Shown: one piece after another, positions 1 to 11,019 of the stretch
How positions within the stretch are numbered: the stretch's first letter is position 1
Layout: each line of letters starts with the position of its first letter
DNA from: Camelus ferus
Taxonomy: Eukaryota
Direction: 5' to 3'
Assembly (NCBI RefSeq): GCF_009834535.1
Contig: NC_045705.1
Span: 50,468,001-50,532,000 of the forward strand
Length of the DNA: 64,000 nt
Notes under the pieces: model-generated
Databases searched by the model: none
Seen by the model: the letters and a program-made list of their open reading frames with translations, nothing else
What the model was told of the DNA's origin: nothing
Position numbers and translations under genes: made by a program

Positions 1-787
1 CTCATTTTTACTAAGTGCTTGCCCTGTAGCAGGTCTCCCCACAGTCAGTGCAATGTTCAGTCCATGAGGTATACAGAAATGATTTAATTTGTTCTTCTAG
101 ACTTAAGTCTAAATGTAGGAAAGCCACACATGGCTCTGGCCCCACAAATACACAGGCATAAAGCAGAGTGACTATGCCTCGCTGGCTGGAGCCTGTGAAT
201 GCAGTATATGGTGTTAATTAAGTTTATTTCAACTCTCCCTCCCTCCTGGTGGAAATAATTTCCTCCTGTGTGATGCCCTGGCCCAGCCCGTGCTGGGAAG
301 GATGTTCCTTTACCAGCCCCAGGGCCTGGCAGAACTAAGCCTGCCTTTCTCTGCATTCCCAAAGCATGTACGTCCTGGCCCTCAGCTCACTGCGCTATAA
401 TGAATGGTCTGGGTATTGGTCTCCCCAGTGAGGCCACAGGGCAAGGATGCTCTTCTCTACATGCCAAGCCCACTCTGGAGTCTCAACAAATGTTTGTCAA
501 AAGAGTGGATGGATCCGTGAATAAATGTGTGAATAAATGACTTGGTTCCTATCAGCATGTGGGAGGGGGCAAATGCTGTTCTCACAGCCCAAGTGAACGA
601 AGCTAAGAGGGACTTGCTGGGCTCCGGTGGGGGCAGAGGGAGGCTGGCTTTATGCCCCCTTCTGCCCCCCAGGCTGGTCGCACAAGGCAGGACGAGCTCC
701 ACTCTGCACTGTGTGGCGCGTTCGGGCCAAGTGTCTTTCTAGGGAAAAAGTCTTTACCAAGGGCCCCGAACGTATCACCATACTCAC

Positions 788-861
788 CCTCCTTGAGCAT
801 TTTCTCTCTTAATTTCTGCTCCAGTCTGCTTTGATGATCTTCTAGTTCTAGTTCTTGGGCC
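788..861 (-). CDS. MICAL2: MICAL2/MICALCL bMERB exon (74 nt, phase 2 to 1): AQELELEDHQSRLEQKLREKMLKE
   Basis: Acceptor ttttctcacccccag|G and donor GAGG|gtgagt; peptide matches recalled human MICALCL. Confidence 0.96.
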
Positions 862-1289
862 CTGGGGGTGAGAAAATGTTCCAACTTTGTAAATACTGGA
901 GATCTGTGTAGAGATATTGGCTGATAAGCCCATTGACTATAGCGACTGCATTCTTTCTTCCTTATTAAAATGGGGTCTTAGAAGATCTCTAAACTCAAAA
1001 GTTTCAGCTGCTGAGATATGCTGAACTCCAGAGACGTGGGAAGCAACTGAAGGTGGTGATGTGATCTCAGTAAGCTTGTGGAAGGCCACTCCAGGATGGC
1101 TCCTGAAGAAATGACTAGAACAGCTCAGGGGAGAAGCAACGACAACCTGAAACTCTTCTCTTTTAGGGGTACATGATGTCAAGTATCACCTCTAACAACT
1201 CCTGAATCTCTGATTGTGATAAACAAGAAAATGCGGAGGAAACAGGAGTGAGACACTGTGTCCAGATGGAGGCAATACCACTCAAACAG

Positions 1290-1880
1290 CCATCCATCTG
1301 GGTGCAGGTGGTGAGGGAAAAAAGAGTTGGTGATACTTTGGAGGAGTCAAGCTGGAGTTCTGGGGACTCAGCGTGTCCACTGATACAACAGCAAAGTCAA
1401 GAAGTGCAGCTAGTTGTCGGTGAAGGTCAGATGGAGTCTCCTGACCTCTCACTGCCTGGGGGTATCCCATGTAGATCACAGAGTGTGGGAAAAGCCCCCA
1501 CGTGCTGGGCTGTGTGATAAGGCGGTGGTTCCCCAAAACTTTGGGAATGCAGTTCTAGTGTGCTCAGCAGAAATGAGGACCACGAATACATGTGGCAGGG
1601 GTCTAAGGTGATAGGTGAAGTCACGTGATCCCTAAAAGGAAGCCTATAGAGGAAAAAGGGGTTGGAAGACAGGAGCTTGGGAATGCCTACATTTAGAAAT
1701 CAAACAAAAGAGGCAGAGCCAGGGAAGAAGCAAGGTTGGAAGGATAAAACAGGAAATGCAGCATCACAGAAACCAAGAGAGGGAAGTCTTGAGGGAGGAG
1801 AGAAGTCAAAGGTGTTCACTGCTACAGAGACACTGAAGAGGGTGAGGGCTGAGAATAGGTCCCTGGGTTTGACATGGGCC
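1290..1880 (-). mobile_element. L2 LINE fragment
   Basis: Purine-rich, degraded L2 antisense text (e.g. agagggtgagggctgagaataggtccctgggtttgaca). Confidence 0.65.
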
Positions 1881-2621
1881 TTCCCTTCCAGCCCCACCTG
1901 CAGTCTGCACACATCTGTGCTACAGTGTCGGGGCACTTGACTGCACCTGTGGGTTGCTGTCATCCTTTTTTCACTACTTCTACTACTACTTGGGCCATGG
2001 TCCATGCTTTCTTCGATACTCTGCCTTTTGTTATTGACACTGAACCTCCCTTGGCCCACTCTGGTAGCCAATGGAAGTGCCCCACTCAGATCTTCCTCTA
2101 AGAGGGAACTTTGTGGGAGGAGTGTCATGTGTAGTGAGCTGACCACTACAGCAGAATCCACTTCATCGTCATGCCGAGGCCATGCCATCCCTGGGCAGCA
2201 TACATATACATACATTCCTTTTCATATTCTTTTTCATTATAGGCTATTGATACATTTTTGTTGAATACATTTTATAATTTAGACCTCACCCAAAGGCAAA
2301 TGGTATGGATGTATAAAAAGCGCTTTGAAGTCAGGTGGATGTGGACTAGCTGTTTTGAGTCTCAGCATGTGCATCAATTTAAAAAACTGTGAGAGAAAAA
2401 ATAATGCCCACAGATGACCCCCCACTTCCCCATGCCTGGCACTTTCCTCCATGTCAGTGGAACTCAGTGAGTAGAACTCCCGGCCTCCTCTCTCAGCCTT
2501 CACTCCTATGCTCATTCTCACCCCAGGGGAGGTAACTTTGGGAAGAACTCAGCTTATACCCTTTCTTTCCTGGCATCAGCCTGCCTGCAGCAAACTTGTG
2601 TTCTCAGTTACTCTGAGCCTT

Positions 2622-2858
2622 GCCATGGGCTCGATCTTGACACAGTTGACATTTGGGGCTGGAAAATTCTTTGTTGGTGGGGGAAGTGGGGGTGTCCTGT
2701 GCATTGTAGAAAGTTTAGTAGCACCCTTGGCCTCTGCTCACTAGCTACCGATACCAGTAGCACCTTCCAGTTGCAATAAACAGAAATGTCTTCAGATGTC
2801 ACTGAACATCTCTGGAAGGAGGAGGCAGGGGAAGTTGCCCCCAGTTGAGATCCACTGG
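2622..2858 (-). mobile_element. MER20 (hAT-Charlie) DNA transposon
   Basis: ctgtgcattgtagaaagtttagtagcacccttggcctct...gttgcccccagttgagatccactg follows the reverse complement of the MER20 consensus. Confidence 0.8.
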
Positions 2859-2960
2859 TCTAGGGTAATAGCCTTGCCTCTAATAAGAGACAAGAGACAA
2901 GTGGTTCACTACCTTTTGGGAGTAGGTAGATGAGCGTGTCTAATTCTGGGGTTTGGTTAG

Positions 2961-3411
2961 TGCAGTAGGTTGCATGGTGAACCCCCAAAAGGTATGTCCA
3001 CATCCTAACCCCTGGAACCTATGAACGTGATCTTACTTGAAAAAGGGTCACTGCAGATGTACGTAAGTCAAGAATCTTGAGATGAGAATATTCTGGATTA
3101 TCCTGGTGGGTTCCAAACCCAATGGTAGGTGTCCTTACAAGAGACCGAAGAGAAGACAGACATACAGAGAAGGCTGAGTGAAGACAGAGGCAGAGATTGG
3201 AGTGATGCAGCCATGAGCCAAGAGATGCCTGGAGCCGCCTGAAGCTGGAAGAAGCGGGGAAGGATTTTCCACTAGATCCTGCGAGGGAACGTAGCCCTCC
3301 TGGCACCTTCATTTCAGACTGTCTTCCAGAATCATGAGAAAACTCACTTCTGTTGCCGTAAGCCGCCTCTCTTGTGCTCACCTGTTACACCAGCTCTGAG
3401 AAGTGAATACA
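2961..3411 (+). mobile_element. MaLR solo LTR, MLT1C-like
   Basis: TG...CA ends, with characteristic MLT1 text (gaagacagaggcagagattggagtgatgcagcc, gaagctggaaga). Confidence 0.85.
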
Positions 3412-4167
3412 GCCAGCAAGCCCACCTGGGCTCTTGTACGTGGCCAAGCTAGCCTTATCAGTAACAAATGCTCTATTGTGCTGCTCTGTCTGTCACCTCC
3501 ATTGGTTGTGTTATTTGTCACCTGGTTCAGAACCCAGGCAGAGATGAGGAACAGAATGTATTAGACCCCTTCAGAGACTCAAAACTGTCTCCCAGGATTG
3601 GGATGAAAAGTGAAATGAGTCAGCGTAAGTGAAACCCCCAGCACAACCTGTGGTGCTTAGTCGGTTTATATAAAGTGGAACTTTCTTTCCCTCCAGAACA
3701 GTGACAGGCATAGTGACCTTCAACTTTTTCAGAGTGCGGTGAGACCCATCTCTACTTTCTGATCTCCCAACCAGACTGCAACCTCTCATTCAGAGGACAG
3801 CCAGACAGGTCTCTACCTTCAATCCATTCAAACCACAAGGAAGGCTTCCCCATTGCAGGTGTGTGACTGCAGGTGGGTCCCCCTAGTCTGGCAGGGAGGG
3901 GATGGATTGAAAATGCCTTACCCAAATGCCCTCCAGCTCCAGACCCATCACCCAAAATCATTTTAGCCATAGGACTCCACAGCAGAGAACAGGCAACTGA
4001 AGATTCTCTGCACTAATGGCAGCATGATATGCAAGACATCAAATATGAATCTGTCTCAATCACAATTCTGTATGCGCAAGGAGAAAAAATCCTGGGACTT
4101 CAACCTAGGAGGGTGGGCCACCCCACTCCCGCCCCCTTTGCTTTTAGGACTCACTGTGTTGCCTTAC

Positions 4168-4267
4168 NNNNNNNNNNNNNNNNNNNNNNNNNNNNNNNNN
4201 NNNNNNNNNNNNNNNNNNNNNNNNNNNNNNNNNNNNNNNNNNNNNNNNNNNNNNNNNNNNNNNNNNN
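4168..4267 (-). CDS. MICAL2: Inferred, unreadable bMERB exon (about 100 nt; human equivalent [34 protein letters not shown]) inside an N-run
   Basis: The neighbouring exons end in phase 1 and start in phase 2, so an exon is required. I did not find it in readable sequence 862-21493. The N-run 4168-4323 is followed on the minus strand by gtaaggc (plus gccttac, 4161-4167). The 5' boundary is assumed from the human exon length. Confidence 0.7.
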
Positions 4268-5149
4268 NNNNNNNNNNNNNNNNNNNNNNNNNNNNNNNNN
4301 NNNNNNNNNNNNNNNNNNNNNNNATCAAACTGCTTTGGAACAGCTTTAGGGGGCCATGTTTGTAGCAAAAATGGCTCTGCAGGTGGCAGCCCCCTGACGG
4401 CCTGTTGATGCCTCAAGGTCACGGGCGTGACAAATGAAACTCACCTGTGCCTCCTCCAGGGCTGGTCCTCTTGGATTATCTAGGGCATGAATACTTAAAT
4501 CAGCTCCAAGGGGCATAGACCCTTGCTACTGTCCTGACCTTTGTGCATCACATCTGCCACTAAAGAAAATCCCATAACCCTCCTGGTTACTACATCCTCT
4601 CTTCTTCCAAATCAAAAGCCTACTGAGTGCCCAGGTGGGGTGTGGCTCCCTTCATGGGGCAGGGAAGCTCACACCCTCATTTGGTCATAGAGGAGCAGTG
4701 GTCGGCATTTTGACTTTTTTGCACAAAGAAAAGCCAAATGATGGGGGAAAAACATGTTATGAGCTTTGGGTCTCAGAGGGAGAAAGTTATATTCGTACAT
4801 TCTTATAACTAGGATTATGACCTTTATTCTTTTATTAAAAAGAATTACCATGAGAAAATTGGCACTGCTTAAAGATACTCAATGTTAGATGCTAAATGTT
4901 TAGACAATAAAATGTTAAAATCTGGGAATATTTGAGAAATAGCGACATGGGGGGGGGGCTTTCTAGTAATTCTCCCTGAAATGAGAACACAGGCTGGGTT
5001 GCTCATGGCTATTCTCAAAGGGTTTATCCTGGAGGGTCCCACACGCGGAGAGGAAAACAGAAGATATGTGTGACCTTGGGCAAGTTGTTTAGCATCTCAG
5101 AACCTCTGCTTCTTCATTGGTTAAACTGAACGAGCAGACACACAGGTAA

Positions 5150-5390
5150 TATAATAATAATGAGCTACTGTTGTAAGGCAGCAGTTCCGTGCCAGTCGAT
5201 GGGCTGAGCGCCCTATAGTCAACATCTCATTGGATCCTCACAACAAACTCACCAGTGGGTTCCCATATTGTCACCACCTGATGGCTGAAGAAACAGAAGT
5301 TTAAAAGATTAAGATAACTTGCCCAAGCTCACAGTTAGTAAGTGGCAGAGCCAGGGCAAGCCTTCTCCTAAACCCATGCTCTTCACTGCT
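5150..5390 (-). mobile_element. MIR SINE
   Basis: gatcctcacaac...gaaacagaagtttaaaagattaagataacttgcccaagctcacag is the antisense MIR core. Confidence 0.75.
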
Positions 5391-5664
5391 TGTAACCACA
5401 CCTTCCACCTCCTCCCTTCTTCCCTCTCTCCCTGCCTCTTTCCTCCCTCCCTCACATAGGCAAGTAAAGTAAATAATGCCCCTAGCACATTGCCTGGCAC
5501 ACAGCACAGTCGTCCCTAAAAATGAGTTCCCTTTCTCCCAGTCTCCTTGATCATCTTTTTACTGATATGGAAACTGGGGGTCTGGAGTAATTTATATGCA
5601 ATGCCCCAGATTATGTATTTAGTTAACATGCAAACTGGCTACAATGCAGAACTTGACTTCTGGT

Positions 5665-6600
5665 GAATTCATTCATACATTTATCCATCCATTCATTCAA
5701 TGACACTTACTTATGGAATAGGTGTCAGGGACTGCCTTAGGTATTGGGGATCCAGTGAGAGATAATGCTACACCTCACTAGAATTTTGGAGATAGTAAGG
5801 CACAGTGCCTGCTGAAAAGAGGACTGGTAGATAATCTTTTGGATCAGCTGCACCAAAAAGCTAAAACAAAATAGACTGTTAGAAAACTGTCACTGTAACA
5901 AAGGAGCAAGAAAGGATTCTGGGAATACAGAGAAGAGAGGGTTTTCCTGGTCAGGGTGTGAGGTTGGGCTTCCCAAGGGAGGTGATGTTTGAACTGGGAC
6001 GTTTAAGAACAGATAACAAGTTGAGAGGAAATAACGAGGATGGGAGAGGACATTTCCAAGAAGAGGGAACAATATGAACAAAGAGGAGGGGATAGGATAG
6101 AAGGTGATGGAGACAGGGATCAGGAGGGGCTAAGGGGACATGGAAGGGGTGGATGACGAGAACTCAGAGTGTATGACAGTCTCATCATAGAGGCCCCTGA
6201 ACATCATGTAAGGCTCTTGAACTTTACGCTGTAGACACAAAGGAACACTGAAGATGGCTGAGTAGGAGGATGACATGTGGAGTTTCACGCAGGAAGGATT
6301 AAAACGGGGAGAGAAATAAATATTCTTTCTGAGGTTTCTTGAATGGCTAGATGAATGGACAAGCTTATGACCATACTGAGCACCAACAATGAAGCACTGT
6401 TGGTGGTGCTGAGGGACAGGGGTGAATAAGCACCATTCCAGCTCTTCAGGAAACTGGGAGCTTGCCATCCAGTGGGGGAACCAACACTGCACAATCGAAT
6501 AGGACACCAGGCACCCCCCGCCATGTGACACAGGAGGGGAGCAATTCGTCCTGTGTGGAGGAGGTGGGGGAAGCCTCAGAGAGGAGACAGAAGGTGAGCT
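5665..6600 (-). mobile_element. L2 LINE 3' portion
   Basis: Starts with the (attc)n L2 tail in antisense, followed by a purine-rich L2 body. Confidence 0.65.
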
Positions 6601-6744
6601 CAGTCTAAGTGGATGAGCGAGAGTTTTCCAGGGAGAGGAAGAGGTGAAGAACAGGGCATCCTGGGGCTTTCGTTGTTGAATGAAAGAATGAAGTAAACAT
6701 ACTGCAGGTCATATACAACATAGAATTTAAGAGCATATACTTCA

Positions 6745-6930
6745 AACTCAGACTTGGAATCAATCTTCTATTCTTGGACATGTAACTGTGTGGGCTTGAG
6801 CACTCGACAGCCTCCCTGAGCCTTGGTCTCCCCATCTGTTATAAAGATGCAGTGGGATTGTGCACATAAAGACCTTAAGCCAGCCCTGGCACATAGTATA
6901 AGGTCAATAAGCAGTAATGGCCACCATTCA
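6745..6930 (+). mobile_element. MIR SINE
   Basis: ctccctgagccttggtctccccatctgttataaa...cctggcacatagta...caataa. Confidence 0.75.
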
Positions 6931-7451
6931 AGTCGTATAATATATGTGATGGAAGAACACTTAGAGGTCATCTCTTCCAGCCGTGGAGGCACATAGGCAT
7001 TCCCTCGACCTCCCTCCCGCTCCAGCCTCTACTGTAACTCTCCATGGATGGCAGAATTCTCTGCTGTCCAAGAAGCCCACTGCAGGGCTGTGTACTCTCA
7101 AGTACTGAAAACTTCTTTCTATTGGTCTTCAATGGGTTGGCCGCTAGCCACTGAGTCCAGTTTTGCCCTCTGGAGAAACATAGAGAACACATAACTATAC
7201 ATTTTACATGAAAGATATTCAGTTATTTGAAGACAGATCTTATGACCCACTGAAGTGTTCTCATTTCAGAGTCAGTACCCCCAGGTCTTTTATGATTTTT
7301 GTCATAAAAGGGTCTCCCACCTCTACCTGCCCTCTAATTTTCCAGGACACATTTTTAAGGAGTCCAGAATCAAACAAAATATCAACAGTCCAGAGTGGAG
7401 CGACCCTCTGCACCTTCACCCTGTGCCTTGCAATTGAAGAAGTCCCCCTCT

Positions 7452-7563
7452 ATTTTTTTAAAATTTCTTTTAAATTTTTTTTTTTAATTGAGGTACTGCG
7501 GATTGAACCCAGGACCTCTTGCATGCTAAGCGTGCAATCTACCACTGAGCTATACCCACCACC
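7452..7563 (-). mobile_element. Vic-1-type tRNA-Ala-derived camelid SINE
   Basis: Antisense tRNA-Ala-like head (gattgaacccaggacctcttgcatgctaagc...ctgagctatacc) with a poly-T tail; flanking repeat agaagtcc at 7438-7445 and 7565-7572. Confidence 0.88.
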
Positions 7564-9244
7564 CAGAAGTCCTTCTAGCAGCCTGTCTTCACCTGGTTCT
7601 TGCTAACTTGCAATCAAATTTGGTCTTTCCACACCAGCGGTGGTGAAGTCTGAGGACTTTATGTTCTGTTTCTGCCATTGATCTTTTTCTTAACCTAATT
7701 CAAGACTTTCTTTCTGTGTCTTGTTAAATATCGTCTTATTTATTTTGTTCCATCAAGGGGAACTCTTTGGAATATTTTATTCATCTGACATATTTCTCCT
7801 AGATTTGGGATTTTCGTGGAATTGAATAAAAGGGCATCCCAGACCTTTATACAATATTGGAAAACAAAACATCAGATGGGTCTGGACCAGGAACAGAGCT
7901 GTCAAGCCCCATTAGGCACCTTTCTCAGCCTTGGAGTGAGACTGTTCTATAAACTTTAAATGCATGGCACCCAACTGGTATCATCCAGCCCACATTTCTG
8001 TATCTTGTCTGGCTCTTGTAAGAAACTTTAACATCAAAATAATTTCCTGAAACCAATCTTCACAATATTTGCCCTGATAATTGGCACTACAAACCTCACA
8101 ACTCCACCCAGAAAAGGAAATGACATTTGTTTTTTTACAGCTTCTAAGTAAACATCTATGGTTCCCTAGTAATCTCTCAATTTCTTTCTCAGTGTTCACA
8201 CTTTCCATAATAATCCTTTCTAGAATTTTGACGAGGATCAGAATTCATGTTCGTTTCCCACATGAAGAGTAGAAAATGTACTTGTCTCTAGGCTTTCGGT
8301 TCTGGATTTCCTCCAGAGTTCTCAAAGACTGAGGGTGTATAGGCAAGTTATTTCAACATGATGGGGTTAATTCAGTTCATTCAACAGATTCTGACTGAGT
8401 CTTGCTGTGTCTAAGACTCTGCTCTATGTATGTACCCATCATCTTTCACTGGGCTTAGAAACCTGAATTCATTGCTCCCCCATTTTTCTCACCTGTCCAG
8501 ATTCAATTTCCTCATCTTGATATTTGCTTAACATTGCTAGATTGAGGACCATTTTCCTTGATAAAGAAAACAGAAAAGCTGAGAGCAGCAAGTCCTCACT
8601 TTCCCCAGTCATGTAACATTATACCATCTGCCTCAGCACTGAGTCTACCCTTGCCTTGTTCTCAATCCAAAAGAAACAATACTATTTTGCTGTCTTTAGA
8701 GGATCTTTTGTTGTTGTCTTTCAGATTTACCCTCTTTGTTACATTATACGTACAGGTTGGAGCCAGACTTTTATTCTGCATTATGTGTCCCTTTTCCAAT
8801 CCTTCTTGTGTGTCTTTCTAAAATCTGGTCCATTAGGGAGTTCCCTGCGTAGCCTCATTGATTTCTACTGATGCTGGACTCAACAAACACAGGTTGAACT
8901 GAATCAATCAATTTAATTTACTTTTTTAAATTGATTAATTCTCAATTTTATAGCCTACAGTTCATTTTTTTTTCAGAGTCTTCCTTTCCTCAATAGTCAA
9001 AATCATTTGAGGGGGATCTTTGAACATGGAATCAAGTGCAGGTTTCTAGGGAATCTGCTTTCCCAAAGCACTGGGTGCAGACAGACCATGCTGAGCCCAG
9101 ACTTGCTTTGCTCTCAACCCCAACGATGTACTGAGCTTTCCATCACTTCACTGCTACCCATCAGATAGCTTCCTTGTAGGTCCTAAAGAAGTCTCAACCT
9201 GCATTACCCTTCACCGTAGATGCAACAGGGTGAAGTGGCAGAGG

Positions 9245-9460
9245 GCGTGGGCTTTGAGATCAGACCTGTCCCTCCCACTTAACAAATGTGTGACCTTATC
9301 AACTAACCCCACATCTCTCTGCCTCAGTCTCCTCCTGTGAAAAATGGGAATGATCATAGTCGCTGCCTCATAAATTGGTTATGGGAATTAAATGAGATGA
9401 TGCGTGTAAAATGCTTAGCATGGTGCTTGGTACTAGTAAACATTCAGTAAACCATACCAT
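9245..9460 (+). mobile_element. MIR SINE
   Basis: gtgtgacctt...tctctgcctcagtctcctcctgtgaaaaatggg...attaaatgagatgatgcgtgtaaaatgcttagca. Confidence 0.85.
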
Positions 9461-10003
9461 TGTTACCACCACGTTGTTCCTTTCAGGATCTAGCTCTGCA
9501 GTTCTATGGGGCATATTTTCTGTACATCTTTAACATTCAGCTAGAGAATAACCCCTGACTTGATTACCCGTGGCAGAACTTTATCTGGTAACTTCACTTG
9601 AGATTAATAAAAACTCTTTAAAAGTTATATTTTTTTGTCTGTATGTAAACAGAAAGGTCACATAGTGGGCTGGATCATCAGTACTTGCTTGGGAAGACTG
9701 GAGACTCTGTGCCCACACAGACGGTTTGCTCAGCCACATCTCCAGCTGGTCCCAGGGCTGCTGTTGAACTGAAAGCCCTTCCAGGGCAGGGATGTAACTC
9801 CCTTATCTGGAACCAGGATGCAGCCAGACTGGTGTGGCCAGAAGGCCGGCAGCCTCTGACTGGGAATAGAATAGCTCAGTTACCTAACCCACACGGCCAC
9901 CCCTGCTTGTTTGTGGTCACTGTTACCTGGTTCTTCATTTGCTACTATGTCCTCATATCCTGCTCTTTCCCAGACAAAACGCAAGGATTCCTCTTGCTTA
10001 GGT

Positions 10004-10125
10004 AGGGAGGGTAGAACTCAGGGGTAGAGCGCATGCTTAGCATGCATGAGGTCCTGGGTTCCCTCCGTTAAAATAAATATATAAATAAATAAACCTAATT
10101 ATCTACCCACCCTGAAAAAAAAACC
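10004..10125 (+). mobile_element. Vic-1-type SINE
   Basis: gggagggtagaactcaggggtagagcgcatgcttagcatgcatgaggtcctggg followed by an aataaataaacctaatta...poly-A tail. Confidence 0.88.
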
Positions 10126-11019
10126 AAAACTCAACACAAAACGACTTTATATTAATAGAGTCCTGTAAACTGACCCGCTTTTCCCTAAGTGAGCTCTCAA
10201 AAAGGCAAAGCAAATTTTGTCACTCTGTATTGAAATGCTTCAATAACCGCCCCCACAGTCAAGTTCAAATCACCTAGCCCGACAACACGTAGGCCCTGCC
10301 TACCATAGAGTAACTGTCACTTAACGGTTATAACTTTTTTCTCAATGGAAACTAACAGAATAAATGAACAATCTATTCTTTAAAGTCATGGCTTCTTAAC
10401 CATTTTCCTCTGTTGGTAACGCTGAACGCTTCTCTGATTGTGTATTGGTGTGTGGTTTTTCCAAGTTGGGTCTTGTTTTGCTCTCTGGTTCCCAACCAGC
10501 TAATTCTTTAGATGTGATTTCCTGCCTCCTTAGAATCCAGGAGAAGGAGAAGTCCTAATTTGGTTTTTGCTGCAATTGTATCAGCGCCTTCAAATATCCT
10601 CAGTGATGATCTGGAGCATGAAAAGACATTAGAGTAATTGCAGCCGGAACACTTGGTAGCAATGTGCAAGCATCTCCCTCAGCCTGGCTGAGTTTCAGCC
10701 CCTGCCTCTTGTTCTCTGGACTCTGGTCAGCTCTGAGCTCCTGTGCTCATCCATGGGCCTGTTTCATCTAAATCTCTAGCCAGGCCTCCTGTACCCAGCG
10801 CTCTGGGTACACTGACTTCCCGCAGGCTCCTTACACATTATGGTGATCATCTAGAAAGCTGCACTGGGGGTCTGGCCTGATTCCGTCTTGGCAAAGCCAA
10901 GATGCAGATGCTGGAAGGTAGCTCATGATTCTATTCTGGGAGCCAGAGGCTGCAGCTGAGAAACAAAACTTGAAATCCTTCCTTTTTTAAATAGCTTTTT
11001 ATTTTGCTTTGCTTTTAGC

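Noticed and set aside
10554-10563. CArG box CCTAATTTGG (and CCTAAAAAGG at 50277), tempting given the MICAL2-SRF link
   Set aside because: About five are expected by chance in 64 kb, with no clustering or other support.
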